From Rebecca billardiae RCC1528 (taxonomy: Eukaryota; Protista; Haptophyta), in contig OZ251227.1 in assembly GCA_965240325.2 (NCBI GenBank), forward strand, positions 2,914,001-2,978,000: DNA of 64,000 nucleotides, read 5' to 3'. Both the position numbers and the translations under genes were made by a program. The notes beneath the pieces were generated by a model. The model worked only from the letters and a program-made list of their open reading frames with translations, ran no database searches and was not told where the DNA came from. Below, piece after piece: positions 21,909-32,785 of the stretch. Every line of letters starts with the position of its first letter. The stretch's first letter is position 1.

Positions 21909-24900
21909 TCACGACGGCGTCGGCGGCATCGGCCGCGGCGACGGGACCGCCGAGCCCGGGCGCGAGAGCACTGCGGCGCGCTCCTCGTCGCGCACCGGCC
22001 GCGTGAGCTGCAGGTGAAGCAGATCCACGTGCCGACGGAGCGTCTCCTCGTCTGCGTCCGACGCCGGAGAGGCCGCGCGCACTGCCCTGGCTTGGCCGAG
22101 CACGCGCGGCGCGGCGCTGCTGTCGGGCACGCGCGCGGCAGTCGCTGCGCTGAGGGCGGGCGAGGTCGCGGAGAGCGCCGGCGCGGTCGGCGTGCCCTGC
22201 GAGCGCCGCGCGAGTCGGCTCTGCGCGCGGCCCTCGAAGTCGAGCCGCGCGGAGCGCGCGCTGGAGGAGGGCAGCGAGCCCGGCGACGTGGCCGCGCTCA
22301 GGCTGGGCGAGGCGCACGCGGACCCGCCCGTGGGCCCGCAGGAGCAGGGCGCGCCCAACCCGCCCTCCGCGGCCGGGTGCCGAGGTGGCCACCGCGCGCG
22401 CGCGCGGCCGCGCGAGCCGCCGGTGCCGGCGTCGCTAGCGCTGGCGCCGACGAGGCTCTGCCGCTCCTCCTCGCTCACCGGCCGCGTGAGCTGCAGGTTG
22501 AGCAGCTGCAGGTGGCGCTGCAGCGTGTCCGTGTCCGCGTCCGCGCCTGCGTCCTCGTCCGCACGCCGCTCGGCGCCGCCGCTCGGCGCCGAGCCGCCCA
22601 GAGCGAGGCGGCCGGGCGAGATGACGGCGGTGCCCGCCGCGGTGGGCGGCGCGGCGCAGAGCGCGACGCGCGGCGAGCGCCGGCCGCTCGCGCCGGTGCG
22701 CGCGCTGCTGCTCGCCACGCTCGCCGTGGACAAGCGCGCCGGCCGCGCGCCCTGCCGCTCCGGCGTGTGCGCGCCCGCGCCCACCGCCGTCGCGAGCGCG
22801 GCCGACGGCTGCGCGGGCGGCGCGCTGATCTCGAGCGCCGGCCGGCTGTGCCGCCGCAGCAGTGCCTGCACGGCGCCGCTCTGCGCGGGCCGGCCGGCCG
22901 GCGCGGCGCCCTCGGCGCCGGGCGGCGCGGGCGGATGCGACGCCGAGTGATCCGGCGCGCACGCGCCGCACGGCGCGCCGCAGCCGTGCGCGCGCGCCGA
23001 CAGCCTCGCCGGCCGTCCGGCCGCTCCGAGCGCGCGCAGCTGCTCGTCCGCGTCGGCGAGCGCGGCCGCGAGCGTGGAGCTGTGCACGCGCGCCGCGCCG
23101 CCCTCGGTGATCTCGCTCCGCGCGAGCTCGCGCGCGCGCCTGCGCACGTGCACCTCGCGCGCCCAGCAGCCCACCGCCCAGAGCAGTGTCGTGCGGCGCG
23201 CGCTGCGCACGCCGAGCGCGTCCGCGACGCTCGCCGCGCGCGCGAGTGCGGCCGCCTCCGCGGCCGCGCGCGCCTCGAGCTGAGCGGCCGCGCGGTGGGC
23301 CTGCTCCCAGCCCACTGCGGCCGCCTCGCGCTCGGCCTCCGAGTCCGCGAGACGCGCCTCGAGCTCGCCCAGCGCCGAGCGCAGCGACGCGGTCGCGACC
23401 GCCACGACCGCCGAGTCCGCCGCCGCCCGGCGCGTGTCGCGCTCGAGCGCGCGCACGGCCGCCGCCCACGCGCCGAGGGCGTGCGCGAGGCTGGCGCGCA
23501 CGTGCGCGCCCGCGTGCGCGCCGAGCAGCGCGCGCAGCGCATGCGCGTGCCACGCGCGACCCTCGCGCTCGCGCGCCTCGGCCTGCACAGCAGCGACGGC
23601 GCGCGCCCAGCGCGCGAGCGCCAGCGTCGCCGCGCCGCGGTCGATGTCGAGCGCGCGCGCCGCCGCGCTTGCGAGCGGCGTGGCCTGCGTGCCGGCGGCG
23701 CGGCGCTGCGTGCCGGCCGCGTCGGCGAGGGCGGCGTGCACCGCGCTGGCCGCGTCGCCTACCGCGGCCCCGAGCACCCCGAGCTCGGCTCGAGCCTCGT
23801 CGAGCTCGGCGGCCGCGTGCGAGGCCGCCGCCGCCTCACGCGCGCGCGCCTGCTCGATCGCGCGCGCGGCCGCGTCGAGCTCGTCCTCTGCAGCGGCGCG
23901 CGCGGCGCGCTCGGCGCCCAGCGCGTGCTCGAGCTGCTGCTCCGAGCGCTGGCGCTCCGCCTCGGCGCTGGCGCGCGCGGCGCGCTCCGCTTCGAGCTGG
24001 CGCTGCGCCTCGTCAGCGCGCCGCCGCTCCGCCTCCGCGCCGGCGGCCGCGGCCGCGAACCGCTGCGCCGCCTCGTCCGCGCGCCGCCGCTCCGCCTCCG
24101 CACCGGCGGCCGCGGCCGCGAGCCGCTGCGTCGCCTCGTCCGCGCGCCGCCGCTCCGCCTCCGCACCGGCGCGCAGCTGCTGCGTCGCCTCGTCCGCGCG
24201 CCGTCGCTCCTCGTCCGCAGCCGCGTGCGCGCCGGCGAGCCGCTGCGCGCCCTCGTCCGCGCGCCGGCGCTCCGCGTCGGTCGCGGCGTGCGCGGCCGCG
24301 ACGAGCTGGGTGGCCTCGTCCGCGCGCCGCCGCTCCGCGTCCGTGGCCGCGTGTGCGGCCGCCAGCTGTTGCGTCGCCTCGTCGGTGCGCCGCCGCTCCG
24401 CGTCTGTGGCCGCGTGTGCGGCCGCCACCCGTTGCGCGGCCTCGTCCGCGCGCCGGCGCTCCGCGTCGACTGCGGCACCCAGCTGCTGCGCGAGCTCGTC
24501 GACACGCTTGCGCTCCGCCTCTGCCGTTGCGCGCTCCGCCGCCAGCTGCTGCGCGCGCTCCTCCGCGCGCATCCGCTCCGCGTCCGCGCCCGCGCGCGCG
24601 GTGCGCTCGAGGGCGAGCTCGCGCGCGAGCTGTGCTGCGCGCTCGCGCTCGGCCTCCGCGGCGAGGCGCGCCTCGCGCTCCACGGCGAGCTGACGTGCGA
24701 GGTCGTCCGCTCGCTTGCGCTCCGTGCCGATGGCCGCCTCGGCCGAAGCCGCCAGCTCGGCCTTGGCGGTCGTGTGCGCCTTGCGCTCCGCGCCGAGCTC
24801 GCGCGCGAGCGCGTCGGCGCGCGCGCGCTCGGCAGGCAGGCTGTCGGCCTCGGCGGCTCGGCCAGCGAGCTGCGAGCTGACGTGCTGCGCCTCTGCGAGC

Positions 24901-25130
24901 TCTCGCCTGCGGACCACCAGCTCGCGCAGCGCGTCCGTGTGGCGTGTCGCGAGGTCCTGCCCGAGCGCGCGCGCCTCGGCGAGCGCGGCGCCGAGCGCCG
25001 CGCACTCGGCGGCGGCGCCAGCCTCACACTCGGCGAGTGCGCGCCAGAAGACGGCGTGCTCACATGCCGCGCGTGCCAGCCGCGCGCCGAGCGACGTGCC
25101 CGTCGCGGCAGGGAGCGTCACCGTCGTCAT
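21909..25130 (-). CDS. Coiled-coil protein with tandem AERRRADEA repeats
   Basis: Long ORF with heptad-rich composition, ~9 repeats of AERRRADEA(T/A)Q, and two copies of LxRHxxLLxLQLTRPV.xEER. Confidence 0.7.
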   Translation of the reverse strand: MTTVTLPAATGTSLGARLARAACEHAVFWRALAECEAGAAAECAALGAALAEARALGQDLATRHTDALRELVVRRRELAEAQHVSSQLAGRAAEADSLPAERARADALARELGAERKAHTTAKAELAASAEAAIGTERKRADDLARQLAVEREARLAAEAERERAAQLARELALERTARAGADAERMRAEERAQQLAAERATAEAERKRVDELAQQLGAAVDAERRRADEAAQRVAAAHAATDAERRRTDEATQQLAAAHAATDAERRRADEATQLVAAAHAATDAERRRADEGAQRLAGAHAAADEERRRADEATQQLRAGAEAERRRADEATQRLAAAAAGAEAERRRADEAAQRFAAAAAGAEAERRRADEAQRQLEAERAARASAEAERQRSEQQLEHALGAERAARAAAEDELDAAARAIEQARAREAAAASHAAAELDEARAELGVLGAAVGDAASAVHAALADAAGTQRRAAGTQATPLASAAARALDIDRGAATLALARWARAVAAVQAEAREREGRAWHAHALRALLGAHAGAHVRASLAHALGAWAAAVRALERDTRRAAADSAVVAVATASLRSALGELEARLADSEAEREAAAVGWEQAHRAAAQLEARAAAEAAALARAASVADALGVRSARRTTLLWAVGCWAREVHVRRRARELARSEITEGGAARVHSSTLAAALADADEQLRALGAAGRPARLSARAHGCGAPCGACAPDHSASHPPAPPGAEGAAPAGRPAQSGAVQALLRRHSRPALEISAPPAQPSAALATAVGAGAHTPERQGARPARLSTASVASSSARTGASGRRSPRVALCAAPPTAAGTAVISPGRLALGGSAPSGGAERRADEDAGADADTDTLQRHLQLLNLQLTRPVSEEERQSLVGASASDAGTGGSRGRARARWPPRHPAAEGGLGAPCSCGPTGGSACASPSLSAATSPGSLPSSSARSARLDFEGRAQSRLARRSQGTPTAPALSATSPALSAATAARVPDSSAAPRVLGQARAVRAASPASDADEETLRRHVDLLHLQLTRPVRDEERAAVLSRPGSAVPSPRPMPPTPS

Positions 25131-25251
25131 CCCCGGCACGCTCAGTCGTCGTCGCTCAGGAGGCCATCATCTCATGGGAGTTCAAAAAGCGCGCGCGCAA
25201 TGCGGCCGCGGCGGCCCGTTCGCCCGTGTCGCCGCGCGTACAGTTTACTAA

Positions 25252-27150
25252 ACATAACCGTAAAGAAGAAATGGTCCGCGGCCGTCCGGCCGTGCTGCGC
25301 AAACGATGTCCTCGCCAGCACTCAGCAGCGCTCCCTCTGTCCATCCAGCGCCGTGACCATCCCGCAAGGTTCCGCCTCACCTTCTAGACGACGATCTCTG
25401 GTTCCAGCATAGGAGACACTCGAGGTCGGAGGTGTGGCCCATGCGAGTGACGGAGTGACCAGCCCGCAGCCGGCGAGTCCTCGTGTGCGGTGTGGCGCCA
25501 CCTGTGCAGCACGACTTGGTTCCGGCATAGCTTCCCCCTGGCTGTGCTCGTGCTGGCTAACCTCGGACTGTGACGCGCATCAATGGGCTGTGACGTCTGA
25601 CACGATCCGCGGTAAACTATAGGAATCTTACGAACACGCCCTGGTGCCGGCCAGGCGCCGCAGACGCAGTGCGAGCGAGCCAACCGCGCCGTGCACTGGC
25701 CGGTTGGCCCACAAGTGGCCATACGGCGAGACGTCACCAGGCACCTGTCGCACGAGTCGCAAGTTAATTAACGTGGTGCGCTCCCTCCGCCTCCCTGCCG
25801 ATTCAGGCTTGATGCCCGGCGTCACACCTGACACCAGCTCACTGCCCCAAGGCCCACTGATGTGAGAGGTAAAATGGAGTCTGGGCTGCCGGCCGGAGCC
25901 CATCAAGCAGACACGCCTGCGGCTGCTGCAGCCGCAAGGTACTGGCGACGAGACAGGGGACCAAGACCACCCCGTCCGCACCAAGCCATCCGCGATTGTG
26001 GTCATCTAGCCGCCCGAGGAGCGAGCCTCGCTCACCTGGCAGCACATGCCGCACAACGGTGGCGCAGCTGTCAAGGGCAAGGCAAAGCGGAAGGACGCAA
26101 TCGTGCGGCCAGCGTCGCAGCGGGCATCCATCCAACCCACACGGGAGGCCCGCAGCCGCCTAGCAGCCCAGCCCAGCCCGTCACAGAGAGTCACAGCACT
26201 GGCTCTCGTGCACGCACCCTGCGAGCACGGAGAGTTCAGGACGCAACGCAGGGCGGCGCGCGCGCGGCAGACGAGCCGGGCCGTCACCGCCCGCCTCCAC
26301 AAGCCGCCCCCGCCGGCCCGCGCGCGCGGCGCGCACCATCCGCCCCAGTGGACAGTGGTAGCGCGCAGCGGCGCGCGCCGCGACCCTGGTCGAACCGGGA
26401 CGCACTGCTCACGCCGTGGCGCGGCGCGACGGGCGCGGCGCGGCGAGGTCGCATGTGCTTCCCCCGGGGGCCTGAGCGTACTGGCTGAGGCCCCCACGCG
26501 CGGCGGACTCCGCGCGCGCCCCGCCTGATGTGCGCGCGGCGCGCGGCCACAGCGCGCGGCGGGCTTCCATGTGCCGGTGCCGGTGCGTATTCGATTTCGT
26601 CAGCACCGTGCTCGGTCTCGTCAAGCGTTACGGCCCCCAGGCGGCCCCCTTTAGCGCGGTCCTCGACAGCGAGGCCAACCATCGACGCTTGGACGCCTAC
26701 GGCCGCGCCAAGCGACGGCGCCGAGCGGGCGCGCGCGCGCGGCACGAGAGGTAGACTCCCGTAGCGTGCCTCCACACCCCGCCCGCGCCAGCGCACCCGC
26801 TCCCGGCTCTCTTTCCGCTCCGTGGCGGCGCGCGGCACCCTTGCCGCACTGAACGCGTGCACGGCGCACGCCGTGGCGCGGCGCGACGGGCGCGGCGCGG
26901 CGCGCTCGGAGTGAACTCGCCCGGGGCTCCGAGCGTACGGGCCGACGCGCCCGCGCGCGGCGCGCTCCGCGCGCGCCCCGCCAAATGCGCGTGTTATCAC
27001 GAGGCGCGGGTCGCCACCCTTACGCGCGGCGGCGCGGCCGTCGCGAGGGGTCCCCGCACTTGGCGGCGACGAGAGAGCGTCCGGACTCTCCTTGATGTTG
27101 CACAAAGCCGCGGGGGCGGCACGGTTAAATCCGGGCGTGCCCCCCCCGCG
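25252..27150. mobile_element. 1.9-kb insertion without TSD splitting a R1 element
   Basis: Removing it restores CAGTTTACTAA|GAATAAGAG; GC hairpin at one end; TAACCGT/ACGGTTA asymmetric inverted repeat; internal degenerate direct repeat (~26410 and ~26867). Confidence 0.6.
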
Positions 27151-27296
27151 GAATAAGAGACGCACACAGCTCAGGCAGGCGAGATTGACGCCCGCCAACT
27201 GTCACCGCCCACGAGCCGTCGCCGACGATGGTAGCGCCGCCGGAAAAATTCGTTCAGCCGTCCGCCTGCGAGGCCTGGATGAGGGCTGCGGCCGCC
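27151..27296 (+). mobile_element. R1 repeat (continuation of the copy starting at 25241)
   Basis: High similarity to 6642-6835. Confidence 0.7.
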
Positions 27297-27469
27297 TCGC
27301 GGCGCGCCATCGCCCGTCGTCCTCGATCGCCCCACCGTCGTCCACAAACAGTATTCGGTGATGACAATGCCGGTGCATCACGCATCAACTTCCAAGTACT
27401 AAGTACTCAAGTAGTACTGTAACTGCTGCTATCTGCTGTACAGTAGGCTGTACACTGTCATCAATACTA

Positions 27470-28115
27470 CAGGCAATCGCGGGCAATAAGGAGCTGTCAC
27501 GTTAAGAAACTGGGGCTTGCTATCTGCGGATCTGGCCTAGAAACTGAGGCTAGCGATTGGCTGGTTCGCTATACGCATAGTCACACTAAGAAACCGAGAC
27601 TACGTCGCGGCTCGGGTCCGAGGCGCGTGGGACGCGTGGCGCGCCGCGGCGCCGCCCGCGCGTGACTACTGTCATACTAGTCAACTTGGTCGTCTGCTTG
27701 CTAACTACGACCTGAGTAAGTCACTCATCAGTGCCAGTGGCGGAGTCATGCTGCATGACCGTGTTAGATGACTACTGTACTGCTGATGAGCGCCGCGTCG
27801 GGATGCTAATAAGCAGGCTGTGCTGATGAGCGCGCTATACTACTGTCTACTCGTCTACATCCGCTACACATGCCTGAGTACTACTGACATGCTGCTCTTC
27901 CGGACGATTTGCTCCAAAAAGGCCCAAAAAATTTCTTCGGCCTCGCCGGCCGGGCCTAAAGACTCAGCGGGGGGCTCTGCCCCCCTGCGCCCCCCGCGCC
28001 TGCGCGGCGGGCGGACCTAAGAAACTGAGGCTCCGTAGGCGCTCGGGCTACCGAACAGCTAAGAAACCGAGGCTAGCCGGCAGATCTCTGACTTCTTATT
28101 GCCCGCGATGGCCTG
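27470..28115. mobile_element. Tc1/mariner-type MITE (646 bp) with TA target duplication
   Basis: TA|CAGGCAATCGCGGGCAATAAG ... CTTATTGCCCGCGATGGCCTG|TA; AGAAAC(T/C)G(A/G)G motif repeated five times. Confidence 0.85.
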
Positions 28116-30559
28116 TAGATATAGTTAATAGTATCTAATGCACGTACGTACATACTACATGACGTCGTAGTATTATGGCCCGCGGTGCAGGGCGGAGCGC
28201 GCTGCGTTTTTCCACGGGCCGGTCCGCCAGACCGCGAAACAATTCACGCATTTTCAGAGCGAGTCGCGGCTCCGCCTTCCCATTGGTCGGTTGGGGGGGG
28301 ATCGAAAAATGAGCGGTCGCCAAAGTGAGACATATTATCTCAATACCATCAGGCGAAAGACTGGAATCAGGAAGAAAACGAGCCAATGGTCGTCCCGGAA
28401 GGCATGATGGCTTGGCCGCAATCTCCTTAGCATCTCAGCAATCTTCGCTCCTTTTTTGTGTCCTTCTCCACCTCCACGAGGCCTGGACGAGATCGCTTGC
28501 GAGCGGAAGGGCTTCGGGTCGAGACTCGAGTGCGTCAAAGCGAGGGGAGCCGCTGGCTCGCTGGCTCCGTGAGGTTCAAGGCAGCTAGCCGCCGACGCTG
28601 ATGGCGAAGACGGCGGCTGGCCAAGGGCCGTAAGGGCACCCAACTCCCAGTGCGGCCAGCTCGGAGGTTGAGGTGCCTCTGTCTGTCTCGTGGCCTCGCG
28701 ACTCGCGTCCGGCCGGCGTGCTTCAAACGCTGCGCGAGGGCGCGACGTCGAGCGCTCTGCCTGGATGACTGGCGGCGATGCCGAACCCGGACGGCTCGCC
28801 GCTGAGCGGCGCGGGTCAAGGCTCTCCTGACACGCGCGTGAGTCCGCCAGGCTCGCCTCTTTCGCCTCTCGGCCCGTGCAATCGGCAGTTGCCAACGCGG
28901 CGCGCGAGCTCACTCGTGCCGTGCGCGCCAGCAGCAAACGGAGCGCTCGGGCTGCTTGCACCGGGCACGCAGGGGCAAGCGTGGGCGCCCGCCCGCACTT
29001 TGGCTTGCAGGCCCCTACGGGCAGCCTCCATGTCCGCCTGACTCACTTCCGTTCCCGGCGGTCGGCTGCTCGACTCGTCGCGCGTCCGGTGGCCTCAGCC
29101 GAGCTGCGCTCGGCTCGCCCCCACCTCCGCCTCCACCTCCGCCTCGCCATCAGCACTGTCCGCCTCGCCCGCCGCGCGCCGCCCGCCGCGCGCCGCCCGC
29201 CGCGGCGCCCCGTCATGCCCGCACCCTCGCCTCCCGCGTCTTCGGCGACGGGCCACTCACCGCGGGCACTCACGGAGGCGAGCACAACAGAGGCGCCCCA
29301 ACCTCCGCACTGGGAGTTGGGTGCCCTTACGGCCCTTGGGCTGGCGATGGTCGCAACTCAAGTGGGATTGGGGATTGGAAGATGGGCTGAAAGACCAGGC
29401 ATCGTATTCAACTCCAGCCGACCAACACTGCAGCTCTGTGATGCGGGCCCGGCCACTGGTCTGTACACGGCAGGCCCCGGGCTTGCGTCGCGCCGCAGGT
29501 TGGGGTCGCCGGCCTTCCTATAGGCGCTCACCACGGCTCTTGCGACGGTGACGGTGACATGGATGAAGACGATGGCGACGCCTTTCACGACGCTGCCTCT
29601 GCGTGGCCAGACTCGCTGCGCAGTCGATCGGCCGGATGCACATCAAAAGGGTGGTGGCGGGCCGGTCCGCGGCGGGCAAGCTCATCATGTCGTTAGGGCC
29701 TGGCGTCCGCGGCATGTGCCGTTTTCACCTCCCGCAGGTCGCATTTGAGCTGATGGAGTTATGCGGCGACGTCCTCAAGACCGGGCCAGAGGATCACAGC
29801 GTGGAGTGCAACGCTTGTTTTGCCGGGCGGTGAGCCGCGCGTGTTGATTCGCCGCGAATGATCGCTCGGCGACGACGACTACCGGTCGTCGACTATACGG
29901 GATTACGGCCGCGTACGTACTGCTATAATAACGGCGGTATAACTATCGGACCGTGTAGTAGTACCGGCGGGCCGTGGCGCGCCGCCGAGTCGTGCCGATT
30001 CCAGGACGTTATTCCGCCTATTATTCGTTCCGACGACTCATCCGACGTCGGGCCGCCGCGCGCGCATGTTAGCCCGTTATTATTATACTCGTCGTTGTTC
30101 ACCTACTTCCTGAATTCCTCATCCCGATCCGAGTCCGACTCAGAAGTCAGTGTCAGATCCGGGCGCTGCGCCATCAGTGCGGGCGGCGTCACCACTTCTG
30201 TCGCCGCCGGCGGAACGTCTCCGCCGCCGGTCGGACCGGCGCTAGAAGTCGTATAGATGAATTGCTGGCGCTATTGCTAGATCCGAGTATCCGTCAGACG
30301 TGATGGCACCGTGTCCCGTGATGGGACATGAGTCTGGTCCGGCGGCGGCACTCGCCAATCGCGATAGTTCGACACGCGGTGACTGCATGCTCTGATGATG
30401 ATCGTCATCTGTATATTGAGTGACTGGCGGGCAGCAGAGTGACGACGACGCCCACCGCGCTGTCGTCCGTCTAGTGCCAAGCTCCCAAGAGTCGTCGCGG
30501 GCCTTTGACGCGGGGCGCCGTGCGCACCGGCGCTGCAATAACTCGCCAACTCGGCATCG

Positions 30560-30940
30560 TCACGAGTCTGCACGGGCCTCGGCCGATTTGGTGAACCCAG
30601 CGGCGTGCACTGCCGCGAGCGTGCTGCCCGGGCTGACCTTGGATTCGATGCCAGAGTGATAAGACATGACAATTCCATAGTCTGTGCTTGCCCTCCCCAC
30701 TACCCGCGTACGCCGCGAGTGCCTCCGTACGAGTTCATGGCCGCGTAGAACGGCGCACCGTGCGGCGGGCGACGAGGCCGCACTCGTGAGCTGCATGCTG
30801 CATCCAGGCAACGCCTTGGACGCGTACCTGTGCTTCCTGAGAAGGCGGGCCTCACGCCTGGCTGCGCTGGTGTCGGTGGACGCCCTGAGCTTCACCGCAG
30901 CCAGCCCACCCTGGGCGTCGACAACCTTGTTTACAAACCG
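30560..30940 (-). pseudogene. Degenerate protein-kinase-like fragment
   Basis: AAVKL...ARREARLLRK, YGIVMSY and LAAVHAAGF appear in kinase subdomain order; no HRD/DFG. Confidence 0.35.
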
Positions 30941-31139
30941 TGCCGTGCAGGAGCCCGCTCCCACAAGCTGCTCTCACAGTGAGCCGCAGCTGGGACATCC
31001 ATCTGTTCGGCCTCCTCGCTGGGGAGCGTCAGGTCGAGCGCCGGAACTTCCGACTTGCGCGAGCCCAGCAGCCGGCCGAGCGGCGCCCAGCCGCGCGCGC
31101 TCTCCCCCTCCGCGCGGCGCAGCGTGAATGAAGGCGGGC

Positions 31140-31300
31140 GCGCACGACGTTGATTGAGAAAGAGCTCCTCCTCCCGCACGCGCAGGCTCCACAGCACAAG
31201 CGCGCCCGATGCGAAGAGGAAAGCATCGAAGGGTGCGGGCAGCGCGTGCTCGTCGCGCTCCCACTGAGAGCGCGACGTGGGCAACGTGAACGTCACGTGC
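31140..31300 (-). pseudogene. Possible DUF155/RMND1-like gene fragment
   Basis: DAFLFASGALVLWSL...EEELFL resembles the F.F..G..V.W motif; short and without a start codon. Confidence 0.3.
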
Positions 31301-31974
31301 CGACGGGCGTCGGTCAGACGACGTGGACTCCGGCGGGAGGCGAGCAGCGCGGCGGAGGAGACGTGGGTGCCAGTGAGCGTGCACGGCGCGGACGGCTCCC
31401 CGCCGCAGGGCGGCGTCGTGTGCTCGCCCGCCGGCCGCCTGCTCCAGGATCCTCAGAATCCTCAGAAGTCCGCCTCGCCGGGCCGCGTTGAGAGCCCCAA
31501 CTGAAAACTCCCAAGGGGGGCTTCCAGGTCTTGCATCTGAAGACCACGATCTCCGTCCGATCTTCGTTTAGTCTATTGGTGCGACGAAGCAGGAATATGA
31601 TTTTCTTTTGTCCTCCGCGTGTCGATCTCGCCGGCTCGCAAGCCAAGCCTTTCAGAAACGCGGCGCGTAGCGTGGAGCCCCGCCGGGGGCCCTCACTACG
31701 TTGTCAAAAAGATCTTTTGATCAAAGAAAAGGGCACAGTGGGGGACGATTTTGAGGGCTGTTGGAGGGTGAGTTTTCGACTTTTTGAGGGGGGGTATGCT
31801 GTCCATCACAGCTTAAAAGGCCGCGCCCGCTGCAATTCTTGTATCTACTATGGACGGACGTGGGATCAGATACCGAGGGTGAAACAAGTGAGTATTTTTG
31901 TCCTTCTTGTATGCTGGAGTACGAGTTTGCCGAGCGACGTTTGATTGTTTTGGGTCGAAAACAGCTATGAGGCC

Positions 31975-32255
31975 AGATTCTTTTGAATAGCGCTTGCGAA
32001 AAGAAGTTACCCGCATGTCTCGATGGATGAACTTCCTCATGGCATTGAAAGAGATTCTTTTGAATGGCGATTTTTAACCAAGTTACCCACCTGTCTCGTT
32101 GGATGAACCTCCTCATCATATTGAAGAGATTCTTTTGAATAGCGCTATTTAAAGCCAGTTACCCGCTTGCCTCGATGGATGAACCGCCTTGATAATATTG
32201 AAAGATATTCTTTTGAATATAGCGCTTGTCACAACCAAGTTACCCGCCTGTCAGC
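31975..32255. repeat. ~76-bp tandem repeat, ~3.5 copies
   Basis: gattcttttgaat...aagttacccgc..gtctcgatggatgaac unit recurs at ~31976, 32053, 32128, 32206. Confidence 0.85.
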
Positions 32256-32479
32256 TGTCTCGTGCTCGCGAGCGGCGCGACGACATCGGCCCGAGCGAGG
32301 ATGCCGCCTTCAAAGGCGCGCACCGAGTGCGTGCGCGACGGGTGCCGGCCAGCCGCTGGTCTCGACCTATCGCCCTCGGCCCTCCCCGAGCGCGCCTGCA
32401 GGTACCTCCGGACGCGCATTCGGCTTGCTCACTCGATCAGCTCACTCACAGCTGCCGGTCACGCAGCCGCGCGGCGGCC

Positions 32480-32785
32480 CCGCGACCAGGTCCGCGGCCC
32501 AAAGTGTGTGTGCGCGCCGCGCCGGTGCCCTCGCGCCGGTGGCGTGGGCTGGCTGGCCGCTGGTCTCGCCCACGCGCCCCACTCGCCCCAAACGCGCAAC
32601 GCCTGCGGGAAGCGCCGGCACCATACCTAACTCCGCGACCAGGTCCGCGGCCCAAAGTGTGTGTGCGCGCCGCGCCGGTGCCCTCGCGCCGGTGGCGTGG
32701 GCTGGCTGGCCGCTGGTCTCGCCCACGCGCCCCACTCGCCCCAAGCGCGCAACGCCTGCGGGAAGCGCCGGCACCATACCTAACT
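32480..32785. repeat. 153-bp tandem duplication (2 near-identical copies)
   Basis: cgcgaccaggtccgcggcccaaagtgtg...ccatacctaact at 32481 and 32634. Confidence 0.9.

Larger units (their letters stand above)
28202..31663. mobile_element. 3.46-kb non-autonomous TIR element with 4-bp CGCG TSD carrying gene fragments
   Basis: CGCG|CTGCGTTT...AAACGCGG|CGCG; excision restores GGAGCGCGtAGCGTGGAGCCC, matching copy 2 of the host element. Confidence 0.6.

Noticed and set aside
21861-25412. 1183-aa plus-strand ORF and many other long Arg/Ala/Gly-rich ORFs
   Set aside because: Shadow frames caused by high GC content; they overlap better-supported genes on other frames or strands
31975-32785. Repeats as a possible CRISPR array
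   Set aside because: Contiguous tandem units with no unique spacers, no cas genes, eukaryotic context
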